A stretch of 64,000 nucleotides of DNA from Eukaryota sp. GEM-RC1 (Eukaryota), in the NCBI GenBank assembly GCA_040285855.1, contig JAUFOQ010000001.1, positions 3,472,001 through 3,536,000 of the forward strand, written 5' to 3'. Position 1 is the stretch's first letter. The number at the start of each line of letters is the position of its first letter. The notes below the pieces were generated by a model. The model saw only the letters and a list, made by a program, of their open reading frames with translations. It had not been told where the DNA came from and made no database searches. Both the position numbers and the translations under genes were made by a program. This document shows, one piece after another, positions 48,924-60,190 of the stretch.

Positions 48924-51900
48924 CTAATTACCATAGAGAAAATCAAACATCGACTTGAATACATTTTCTCCTAAATCCAATTCAACATCAATGTCATCAA
49001 CTCTAATACAAAGCTTACCAGTACCTAGAACGTCAGTTGCTGAACCATAGTTTAACAGAGGAACTACTGCACCAAGCTTAGGAATCTTCTCAAGAAGATC
49101 AGTTGAAACTACTAAAGCTGCAGCACAAACAACAACACGAATAGAAGTTTCATCAAGTAAAACAGTTTGTTCACCCAAATGTTTAAAATAATGAGGAATT
49201 TCAGAAAATGATGAAAAAGTACATCCAAGTTTTGATACAACTAACGAATCACGAGTATTTGAATTCGTTTTTAAAATATCCAATAATTCACAATCACTGG
49301 TCTCAACAAATACTTCAATTAAATCACCTGGAACCAATCCCAATGTTTTCCTCATCTTTTGAACAACAGCAACTACTTCCCGAACCTTTCTCAACTCCAA
49401 TAACTCAGGAGTAACAGACAGATTCAACAAAACAAGAGAGCCTTCATCTCCTGGCATTGCCTCGTAAAACTGACTACTACTCTGCTTAAAAGAACGTACA
49501 AGAATCAAATCATTAGGAGTGAAAGTGAATCCACCCAATTCAATCATTCCTTGATCTCTACAACGATTGATGTCGTCATGAGTCATTTGAGAGACAATCT
49601 TTCCAGCTTCCTTCATTTTTTTGCCTAGTTTGGGTCCTAATGCTTTAAAGTTAGCATTAGCAGACAGAATAACGTAATCAGCTTCATTGGAAGTTGCAAT
49701 AACGGAAACCAATGACGTTTCTGATTTAATATAAGGAGCAGTAGTTTCAATGTCAGAAATATAGGTAGGGTCACTATGGATAACTACTACTTCTGATAAT
49801 GGTTGTTTAACAGGAAGCTTATTTCGATCTCTCATAGTCCTAATCTTAACCACAACGTCCTGCATTCTAGACACCATTCGTTCAACTTCTAAGTGTTGGG
49901 CCTGTTCTTGAGGCTTAGGGAAAGACAAGAAGTGAACAGAAAGCTCATGGATTTCAGTAGTTATATACTTGTTCAGTCGATGATAGATATGTTCAGTCAT
50001 GAAGCATGCAAAAGGAGCCATACAGAGGTTGAACTGGTACAAAACATGGAATAAAGTTTGGAGGGCAGCTACAGAGTCAGCTTCACCCAACAAACCCTTA
50101 AGTCTATCTCTATTCAATCTAACGTACCAATTAGATAGATCTTGAATGAACTCTAACATTTTAGGTACAACTGAGTAGACTCTATAGTTTTCCATTTCAG
50201 TCTGGACAACCTCAACTAATGAATTAAGAGAAGAAATGATCCACTTATCAAAGATATTGTCAGAAGCCAAAGCTTTAGTGGTTTCAGGAATAAACTTTTC
50301 AAACTTTGCTTCATAACGATCAATATTTTGGAGTAAAAAGTTGAACGTGTTGTACCAGGGAATTAACACGTCCCTAACAATTCCTTCAACTCCGTCTTTT
50401 CTAAATCTAAAGCTTTCTCCTCTCATTACTTGAGAATTGATCAAGTAAAGTCTTAGAGCATCGGCTCCGTGGTCCTCAATTACTAACATAGGATCAGGAT
50501 AATTTTTTAATCTTTTAGACATCTTTCTTCCATCAGGAGCTAAGATTAAACCAGTAACTACCAAGTTCTTAAAGGCGGGAGAGTCAAAAGAGCGGTAGAT
50601 AGCACTAACATGGTGTAGAACCATCCACGTGTTTGGTCAAGTGCTTCAGCTACGAAGTCTGCAGGGAAAGAGTTCATAAATAACTCTGGATTGGTGAAAG
50701 GATAATGCTGAGAAGCATATGGCATAGAACCAGACTCGAACCAACAATCAAATACTTCAGGAATTCTTTTGAGAGGCTCACCATTGGGATTCTTTGATGG
50801 AATGATGATGTCATCAACGTGATCACGATGAAGGTCAGAAATACGTGTACCACTGAGCTCTTCTAAATGATCAACTGATGACACGACAACAATTTCAGAA
50901 AAGTCAGAATTAGACCATATTGGAATAGGAGTCCCAAAGAATCTCGACCTACTAATAGCCCAATCACGAGAATCACGTAACCAATTATGAAACCTTCCTT
51001 CTTGAATATTCTCAGGAACCCACTTACTCTTGAGATTATTCACTAAAAGTCTCTCCTTAAGTTCTGTAACCTTGACAAACCAAGAAGGTACAGCTCTGTA
51101 TAATAGAGGAGTATCAGATCTCCAACAGAAGGGATAAGAATGTTTAACAACAGACTTACTCCAGAGACGGTTGTTGGCTTTCAACTCAGCAATGATTGCA
51201 GCATCAGCGTCCTTCACGTATTGACCTGCATACGTGGCAACTTCCTTAGTGAAATTACCAGCACCATCAATAGGACAGACCGGGGGGTTACCTGGGGATA
51301 CTATCTTGTACAAATCACCAACACGGGCATCGTCTTCACCAAAACCAGGAGCACAATGAACAACACCAGTACCAGTTTCAGAAGTAACAAAAGTATCACA
51401 AACAATAATAAAGGAGTTTGGACGATCCTTGAAGAAAGTAAAGAGAGGAACGTAAGAGAGACCTTTGAGATTCGAACCTGGGAAAGTAGCTTCAATCTCA
51501 TAGGGAAGTTCTGGTTGTTCACCTTTCTTTTCTTAATTGGAGGAAACAACGCATCAACACGAGACTGTGCGACAATGAGCTTCTTACCAGTTTCCTTGAC
51601 AACAAGTCTAACGTAGTCAAACTCAGGATGTACTACAAGAGCAAGGTTAGAGGGGAGAGTCCAGGGAGTGGTAGTCCAAGCAACAAGAGAGACATCGGGC
51701 TGATCTACTAGGGGGAAGGTGATGAATATGGCGGGATCGCTGACGTCCTTGTAGTTCTGATTGGCTTCAAAGTTGGAAAGGGAAGTCTGGAGACCAGTAG
51801 ACCAAGGCATGACCTTAGTACCACGGTAAACGAGATCCTTTTCCCATAGCTGAGAGAAGACATACCAGACAGACTCCATGTAACTGGGGTCCATGGTCTT

Positions 51901-52405
51901 GTAGTCGTCTTTAAACTCGATCCAACGTCCGATACGGGAGATGACGTGTTCCCATTCTTCACGGCAGCGCATAACAATGGATCGGCAAATGTTGTTGTAG
52001 TTTCCAATACCCATGGCTTGTACATCGGCTTCTCCGTGGATACCGTGGAGTTTGTCAACTTCGTGCTATGATTAGAAGGATGAGAAGGGGGCAATACCTC
52101 AATAGGAAGACCGTGTGTGTCCCAGCCAAATCTACGAGGAATATGGTGGCCTTTCATGGTAAAGAATCTAACGACAACATCCTGCAATAAGCGAAACAGG
52201 ATGAACAAACTTTAAGGATAGAGATCAAGATATGTCCATAATGAGGAGTTCCAGTAGCAAAAGGGGGTCCATCATAAAAGCGATATTCAGGGAGATCTTT
52301 GGTCTTTTCTAGGAGAGTATGAAAGGCATCAATTTCATCCCAATACTTTAAGATGTCATTCTCAGAGGGCAGGGAAGTCATTTTATTGAGAGAAAAAGTT
52401 TTCAT
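48924..52405 (-). CDS. IARS1: Isoleucine-tRNA ligase, cytosolic type
   Basis: [45 protein letters not shown] and KMSKR. Introns 52182-52210 and 52066-52097. Several apparent frameshifts. Confidence 0.95.
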
Positions 52406-52446
52406 AACATCTTACTGCAACTTAAACCAAGCCACTATCTCAAACA

Positions 52447-53040
52447 ATGGCTATCCCTACTTGTTATGCTTATCCACTGGAGAACTACAGGATGACAACA
52501 CGAGATCATGTGCAGGATGCACAGGATGAGACTTTAGATCAATTCTTCCAGCGAATGTCTGCAGAGGTGTCTAAACAAGGACCTCGTACTACTGTTGAAG
52601 CAGTTCTGTTAACACATATCCACAGCTATCCACATATTCTTCTATTGGACACATCTGGTCCCCGAGGATACCGTCTCCCAGGAGGAAAACTCGATCCTGG
52701 TGAATCAGAATTAGCTGGTCTCAAAAGAAGTCTTACAAACAAACTCTGTCCAACTGGGGCTATCTCTTGGGACCTTGGTGAACTACTAGGAGTATACTAT
52801 CGTCCAGAGTTCACTCAAAATCTATATCCTTTCATGCCTCCTCACTCTACATTGCCTAAGGAAACTATCAAAGTCTTCTTGTGTCAGCTTCCCCAGGAAA
52901 CAGAGTTTATTCAGGCAAAGAACTTGAAACTGGTGGCTATACCGCTTCATGAGTTGAAGATGAACACGTCGAAGTTTGGGGGTTACTTGTCTGATATTCC
53001 AACCTTGTTGAGTAGAATTAATATTAATCTGATTAAGTAG
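52447..53040 (+). CDS. NUDT21: Cleavage factor Im 25-kDa subunit (Nudix fold)
   Basis: YPLENY, RTTVEAVLL, HILLL, LPGGKL, RPEF and LVAIPLHEL. Confidence 0.88.
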   Translation: MAIPTCYAYPLENYRMTTRDHVQDAQDETLDQFFQRMSAEVSKQGPRTTVEAVLLTHIHSYPHILLLDTSGPRGYRLPGGKLDPGESELAGLKRSLTNKLCPTGAISWDLGELLGVYYRPEFTQNLYPFMPPHSTLPKETIKVFLCQLPQETEFIQAKNLKLVAIPLHELKMNTSKFGGYLSDIPTLLSRININLIK

Positions 53041-53221
53041 TTCGAGATGGCTTTATTTTGAATCATTTTATTTCATTGTTAATGACTCATTGAATGATTT
53101 ACTTTATGTGATTTATTCTGATTGATTTGTATTGTCAGTATTGATTGTGAGTCTTGATCGTTTGTGGGTTTTTTTGGAAAATTTTAAAATTAAATTTGTT
53201 TAATATACAGGGTGAATAAAG

Positions 53222-54372
53222 TTATTTCCAACAGTTTCGTAAGTCAATCTGGAATCCTTCAAAGTCTTCCACCTTTTTAAACTGTGGAAACTCAACCAAA
53301 TTTTTAAAATTATTATTTGATAAATCAAGACGTTTCAGTGGTAACTCCTGATCAATCATTGAGACAACAATCAAAAAAGATTCCGCCCCCAAACGATTAC
53401 TACTGAGTGACAGTGATTCCAGAGATTTTGAAACAGTAGAAGCAGCCAGAATAAACCGACCCCCAGAATCAGTAATTGAATTAAGCCGTAGATTTAAAAC
53501 AGTTAATCGCTGAGAATGAAGAATTAAATTAGCAATTGATTTACAATGGTGAGATGACAACTGATTATCTGATAGGTTTACTTCTTTTAAATAGCTCAAA
53601 TCCATAAAATTTAAATTAAGCAAAGATTTTCCAATTTTGTTATGAGCTAAAGAAAGAAAAAGCCAATGATGAAAGATTACAAAGACTTGGAGAAATAATA
53701 GAAAAATGTTCATCCGTGACTTCAGAGTCTTCAAGTACTAGTGACTGTAAACGTTCACATGATACCAAAGCCTTTGATAGTGACTGGCACTCGTCAGAAG
53801 TAAGTAGAGTAGATATCTCAAGAACAGCAGGGTCTATATCCAACATAAGATCTGATCTAAGGAAGTAGGAAGGGAATGAGATGGAGAGAGTTGTGAGGTT
53901 GGGTAGGTGAGATAGCAGAGTAGTAATGTTGTAACGGGAAGGGATCTGAGCAACTGTGAGGCTCTTAATGAAAGGGCCAGAGTGTACTAGAGCTGTTTCT
54001 AGGTCAGCCATTGATGGGATGAGTAGACTGCGATTGAAGAAGTTATTTGGAGGCTTTTTGTCATCAGGAAGTGCATTTTCTAGAGGAAGAGAGATACTGT
54101 TCTAGGAACAGTATCTTGTAAGAGAAGGACGTTGAAGGAGCTGGGCCAACTCTGGAGAAGAAGATGGATGACTTGAGTCGTTTGTACCAATATAACTCAT
54201 TGGAGATCACTACAGCTATATCCAAAGGTAGTTCATCATTCAATTGATCAAATACTTGGTCTTGAAGATAAGATGGAAGATCATTGATAGCATGTATCAG
54301 AGCAGGAATATGCTTAATTATGGTAGCAAGAGCAGTATCCTCTAGAGTGGGTATAACAAAGCCTGTTGTCAT
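53222..54372 (-). CDS. LRR protein, dynein regulatory complex subunit 5 (TCTE1)-like
   Basis: N-terminal IPTL...LPLDIA...ELYW segment followed by RNI-like LRRs. Split over three frames (shifts near 54080 and 53660). Confidence 0.6.
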
Positions 54373-54412
54373 TTATTTAAATGAAGATATGAATACTAAA
54401 AGATTGTAAAAA

Positions 54413-55024
54413 CTATTTCTTCTTTGGGAGAGAAAATCCCCGTTGGATGGTTTGCACCGAACGAGTGGCCCCACAGCAATTACAATTCACAAAGAAGAGT
54501 TTGGATTCCTTTGTTAACTCTGTATCGGCAGATTTACAAATCTGGCATATGACGAATTCCATGATATAATTACGTAGAATCGATTCGACTTCTTTCTCGT
54601 TGTACCTGCCTCTAATAAGCATACGATCACTTCCATCAACAGAGGCAGTAGTTCCCATTTCAGCAAGGAAAAAGTTCATGAGATGGTCGGGGTTACGTTT
54701 CAGTAGATGGGCGATTTCTTTGAAATTAGACCAAACAGTCTTACGGCCAGACTCACGTCCAACTCTCGGTGGCTTCATGATGAGTTTTTTTCTGTCACTA
54801 AGAAGTTCAGGGTTTCTACGACGAAGATTGTCGTATAATCTTGTAAGAAGATGTTTGTAGGCATAGGGAGAGTCTGCAGATGCTTGCAGAGACGAGATAG
54901 AAACCTCATCTTCTACTAGGTTTGTAGCAGAAGATTCCATGGCTGCTTTTAGCTCTTCAGCCTCAGCTGTTTGACGGGTCTTCTTTTTCTTTTTCTTCTT
55001 TTCACCAAGGAAAGACGCAGACAT
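54413..55024 (-). CDS. EIF2S2: Translation initiation factor eIF2 beta subunit
   Basis: Poly-Lys box, KTVWSNF, FLAEMGT, C4 zinc ribbon CQICKS...CNCCGA. Confidence 0.93.
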   Translation of the reverse strand: MSASFLGEKKKKKKKTRQTAEAEELKAAMESSATNLVEDEVSISSLQASADSPYAYKHLLTRLYDNLRRRNPELLSDRKKLIMKPPRVGRESGRKTVWSNFKEIAHLLKRNPDHLMNFFLAEMGTTASVDGSDRMLIRGRYNEKEVESILRNYIMEFVICQICKSADTELTKESKLFFVNCNCCGATRSVQTIQRGFSLPKKK

Positions 55025-56327
55025 TGAGTAATGATGGAGTAATGGAGAGAATTGAGATTGAGAATTTCATTTCCTACTCCATGTCCAGAGGATTTGTTAA
55101 TATTGATTGTACAAGTAGTTTGTATTTGTAAGAGTAAATAAAAGGCGTTTTTCCTATTCCAGTCTGATTAAAAGTAGTGCTTCTGTGTTAGTTCATGAGG
55201 TTGCTTGTATTGGGCGCTAGATACGGAAGTCGCTATACTTTAGTTAAATTATGGTGACTTCCGTATCTAGCACTTTATTATCTCTTGGCAGACATTATGC
55301 GGACAAGGCTGGTTAAGAAAATTAGTTAGGGTCTTTTACTATTTGTTATGTAAGTACAGTTAACCCTGTCTATAGCGTCACTATATGTCCTTACGCTATA
55401 ACCAGTTTTACCATATATCCAATAAAGACCCTGTGCAGTTTTACAAATTGAGTTGAGTCTTTATATACAAAGTAAATGAAGAGAACTAGGAGGAGTGGGC
55501 CATCATCATCTGGTGTATGATATATTAGATACACCGTGTATCTAATACTTATGTTATACCAGTGTTTATTTCAGTCAAGTTAAATCATTCTGGTGAAATT
55601 ACTAGTGTTGATGAAAGACAGTGTGTTTGTGTCAGCACATAAACCCTCTGTTTGCTTACATAAACTAACATAAATCAAATAAACCGGAACTACACTGTAT
55701 ACTGTTCCAACGTCTTGAAGTGTCTAGACCTGTTTAGACAATAGTTTTAGAAACGTTTATGCATTCTCTCATTACTGAAGCAGACCTTTTGTTATCCTCT
55801 ATAATTCTAGATCAGAAAGTTGACTAACAAACAACAACATTTAGTCCATTTTGTGTGCAACGGTTCATGGACATTTTTCAGGAAGACTGAACAATGAACG
55901 TCAAGATGTAGAAACTTTAGTTGTGTGTTTGTCAGATACAATGGACCGAAGTCTGACAACCATCAAATAAGGAAATACGTCATGATGTTTGGTACGAACG
56001 ATCTGAACCGACCGTGATAAGTTTTGAGCCCAATACTTATGTTTTGGAAAGAGGATTTATGCTACTATTTCACCTGCGACTATCACTTGATCAGAGCAAC
56101 TGTAAGGATCATTGCTTGTTTGCTAAAATCGGTTTCAGCAACACAACATTTATGCTTCTGATTTGAAGAGTTATTACATAACATCACAAACCCTTGAATT
56201 GACTCTACTAATCAGTGACTTGTTATATCATCAAAAACCACAGTTACAGGAAAACTCACAGAACAGTTGAGCTAACAGAAACCCTCGATGCTATCTACAA
56301 TTCTGTTCGTAGTTTGATCCCTCACAA

Positions 56328-57008
56328 ATGAATTCGACAAACAGAGAAGTTGGCTCGCCTGAAACAAGTTTTATTGTTGACGTGAGATCTGGACAACCCC
56401 AGGTAGCAGTGCTATTGTTTGATGGTGTAGAAGAAACTGAAGCAGTTGCCAGTATTGACATTCTCCGTCGTGCTGGTGTTGCTGTTACTACAATCAAATG
56501 CTCTTGTGAAAGTAACGAGGTGACAACACAGCATGGCATAATCATGCGAGCTGAGAATTGCTTTGACCAGGGTAGGTTCTGATTGTGAAGTTAATTATAG
56601 CATGTCAATTGCAACAACTAACTAAAGATAGCTGAAGGAGATGTGTTTGATGCGGTTGTGGTACCAGGAGGAGATCGACACAGATCATTGGCAATTCAAG
56701 CATGTGATGAAGCCACAAAGTTCATCATCCGTCACTATGAAAAAAAGAAGATTATTGCAAGTTGTTGTACCGGAATTCCGCTGTTATCGCAACTAGGAAT
56801 TTTGAAAAATCACAGAATTACTGTTCACTCAATGTTCAAAGAAGAAGTAGAAGCAAAAGAGAAGTTGGATGATGCTGTAGTGATTGATGATCACGTTTTG
56901 ACATCAAAAGGACTTGCCACTATTCTAGAATTCAATTTGGCTTTGATTGAAATGCTAATGGGACGTGATCAAAGAGAGAATGTTGAAACAGATATTCTAG
57001 TTGATTGA
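56328..57008 (+). CDS. DJ-1/PfpI family protein, one intron
   Basis: GVEETEAV...DILRRAG, intron 56572-56631, FDAVVVPGG, ASCCTG (nucleophile Cys) and LTSKG. Confidence 0.88.
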
Positions 57009-57303
57009 TTGTAGTGAATCCTGGAACAACTTGAGCTTCTCTATTTTAGAATGAATGTGAATACAGAAATTTTAGAATATTTTAAAGCAAATGGATACTT
57101 AGTAAGTTTGTGTTGAGATTTCATTTAATAAATAGTTCTCGTTGAGATGGCTTACTGTGCATGGTCATTCTAATGTTGATTTAACACTTTATTCATGAAC
57201 AATAAGTTGTTGAAGATGTACTGTAGTTAATAGCATTAAGTCGATGTCATAGATGCCAGGCTTATTGATGAGCTTGTATCAATCCTAAAAGAAAGGGTGA
57301 AAT

Positions 57304-57827
57304 TTAGAAGAACTTACAGGGGTCGGTCTTGCCACAAACTGTACATAAACCTTTTGAATATCTACCTTGGGGTACATGGGAGACATCATATCTTCCATCC
57401 AAGAACTTCCAGGATTGGCGTTTGGCCCAAGATTCACACTGCTTATAGGAACCAGCATACCCAAAGTTACAAGTACCATCATTACAAATACACCGACGGA
57501 CGGGAAACATGATTTTCTCATTTGTTTGGATTCCCAAAATGGCTTCTGATAGACTGTTTTCAAAGACTTTGGCTGCAGAAGTTTCAGAGTTGAGGCTGTT
57601 AATGCTATCAGCGCAAAGGGAACAACCACCACTACTGAATGAACTACGGGCAAAAAGGTACACATTACGTCAGGTGATGCCTTAATATTGTTTGCAGTCT
57701 TCTGACACCAGCAGTGACAGTCCGCTTGGGTTTTAGAATATCCAGACCCACAAGGCCATGGACATCGGCATCCAGCATTTGTGAGAACAAGAACCAGCGA
57801 AATTAAAAGAGCGACAGTGAACGTCAT
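57304..57827 (-). CDS. Small secreted cysteine-rich protein with two internal Cys modules
   Basis: Signal peptide MTFTVALLISLVLVLTNA, then CRCPWPCG...CHCWC...CSLC and CICNDGTC...CESW...CTVC. Frameshift near 57655. Confidence 0.6.
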
Positions 57828-59108
57828 CGGAATGTGAAGAAGTGGATTATGATCAATCTTATGCATTTTTATGTTTGTACTTGTAACCACAAGCAAGAGA
57901 TTGTGTTGTTACAAAGGTCGGTATTGCTGCTGTTGCAACCATATGGTTCGATGTCAGAAAAAACAATTAATGGGACATTTTCTATCTGACAGGAAGGTCA
58001 TTGTTATTAACCACCAAACTCCTGGTAGGTGGGTGCTGAACCTCTGAATTTTAGTTTCTTAAAATCTCAAATTATCAAGTGAGTTCTTGGCTTATCAAGT
58101 GAGTTCATGTTCATCACTACACAAAAGATGAGTTGGAGTACATCAACAATGCTGTTATTGGTCCACACTATCTTAAAAATGCAAAGATTTCCAATACGGT
58201 TTGTTCTTCAAAGATCCATCTGCTGGTAGAATCTTAAACACAAGAATTGGAGGTATTACCCTAGTTTTGTGATTATGTGATTAGAAATCATCCAATTTGC
58301 AGAATCAAATGTGATTTGTCAAGACTTGAAATGTAGACTGTTGTTCAACCACTACTAATACAACAGAATTTCAATCTCAAATTTATCTGGGTAAGTCAAG
58401 CTGGTTAACTGTTTCTCTGACACAATAAAAGATCTCTATCTTTCATTTCAAACCATCTATAGATTCAGATGAATGTAAAAAGGCTGAAGCTATAAAACAA
58501 GTCTTTTAGTTTGTCTAATAAATATTTTGTAGAATGTAAATAAATATTGTTTAGACAAATAAGCATACGTCGACTGGGAATTCCTTATTGATGATGCTTT
58601 ATTTTGTTCATAAAGTCAAGCCACTTATGTCAGTCTATTGTCCCTATTTAATGTTGTTTAGTTGTGTCACGTGTAACATCACATTTAGTCATTTGTCTGT
58701 GAGAAATTAACCTAAATGAAAGTGATATATGGGTTCTGAATTGTGGTTACTGACTATTATTGCTTTCTATATGTTCAAGTGATAGTACTGTAGCTTATTG
58801 TAGAATTGTTCTTTTTACTTCAATCTTTTCTTTCCTACATAAATCGTAGCAGGTTTTCTCTTATTAAGCATCACAAAACAACCATTAAAATATACGATAT
58901 AAATTTATCAAACGTAACTAACAATACTATATCCCCCATCACTCTTGCAAACATCACATCCAAAAAATTCGAATCCTTAAATCCAATCCCACAACAATAC
59001 ACACACATCAATTCACGAAACTCATCCAATATTCCAAAACACTGTTCATCACAAATCAATTCATGATTTGATATCTAGTTTCGACATAACAAAAGTATTG
59101 GTTAAGAA

Positions 59109-59843
59109 CATAGTTGCGAATCACAAATTTTTGTGATGTGATTTTGTGATGTGATTGTTGTGACTCACAAAATCACAAAGGCATCCATTTGTGATGTGAA
59201 ATTGTGATTGCTGTGATTTCCAATATCACAAAGTAAACAATTTGTGATTTTGTGATGTGATTGTTGTGATATGTAATTTCTTAGATTTTACATTACCATG
59301 TGTTTATTACTATCATAAACAATGTTACGTACAAGAATTCGGATCACCAACTTATGAGATAGAAGTAAATTTAACATCGGAACTGAAAAAACAATTATTG
59401 TTTTTTTTAAAAAACAAATGTCTTAATATTTTCCATCTATCTTAGACTCCATGGAAGAACATAACTAGCTTACATCCGAAAACTTCCTTAAGTAACTTCC
59501 TTTGGGACACGATTGGAGAGTTACGAAATCTGATAGCCCATTTGGAAAGTCAACAATATGAACTTCATATTATGAAGCACTTTGATTCTATTACTCAAAG
59601 GTCGGATTTGGAATATTATCGGACCTTACTACTAAAAACTCCAAAGGTCTTCCAGCGTGAAATTCAGCGTAAGAACAAGACACTTGCTTCAGTTTTTACA
59701 TTTCATTAACTTTCCAGACTATTTTTTGTTCAATCATTGTGATGTTGTGATGTTAAATCACAAATATCACAAAAATATTACTTGTGATGTGATTATTGTG
59801 ACTCACAAAATCACAAATTCAAATTTTGTGATTCGCAACTATG
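59109..59843. mobile_element. Non-autonomous hAT-type element
   Basis: Perfect 19-bp TIR catagttgcgaatcacaaa, 8-bp TSD GTTAAGAA, tgtgat subterminal repeats. Confidence 0.92.
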
Positions 59844-59907
59844 GTTAAGAACAAAACATTGAAGTACAGTGTACTTGTCCCTATCATTTAAATGAAAACT
59901 CAAAATT

Positions 59908-60190
59908 TTGACCATTCAAGGTCACGGTAGACCTACCATCCTCGAGAGACCAAAATATCAAACAGTACCTGTCGTGGATGGCGGGAAGACAGATCCAATT
60001 CCTAAGAAAATGACTGTAAGTAAGGGTAAGGGTAAGGCAAAGCGTCCTCTAACAACTATGAGAGGTCCTAACAGATGTCGTATATGTTCTCAACCTGGTC
60101 ATAACATAACAACTTGTCCTAAGGGTCCTAAGGTTTTGCGAATTAGGACAATTATTTGTCAAACTGCGGATTTGCTCATGAGCAACAATA
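59908..60190 (+). pseudogene. 3' remnant of a second Fanzor copy (C-terminal tail plus CCHC knuckle)
   Basis: TIQGHGRPTILERPKYQT...CRICSQPGHNITTC aligns with TINGQGRPSALERSKTQT...CGNCGQEGHNKRSC at 62380-62613. Confidence 0.8.

Noticed and set aside
48924..52405. IleRS as a pseudogene or split gene
   Set aside because: All key motifs are intact. The breaks are explained by two short introns and single-base indels.
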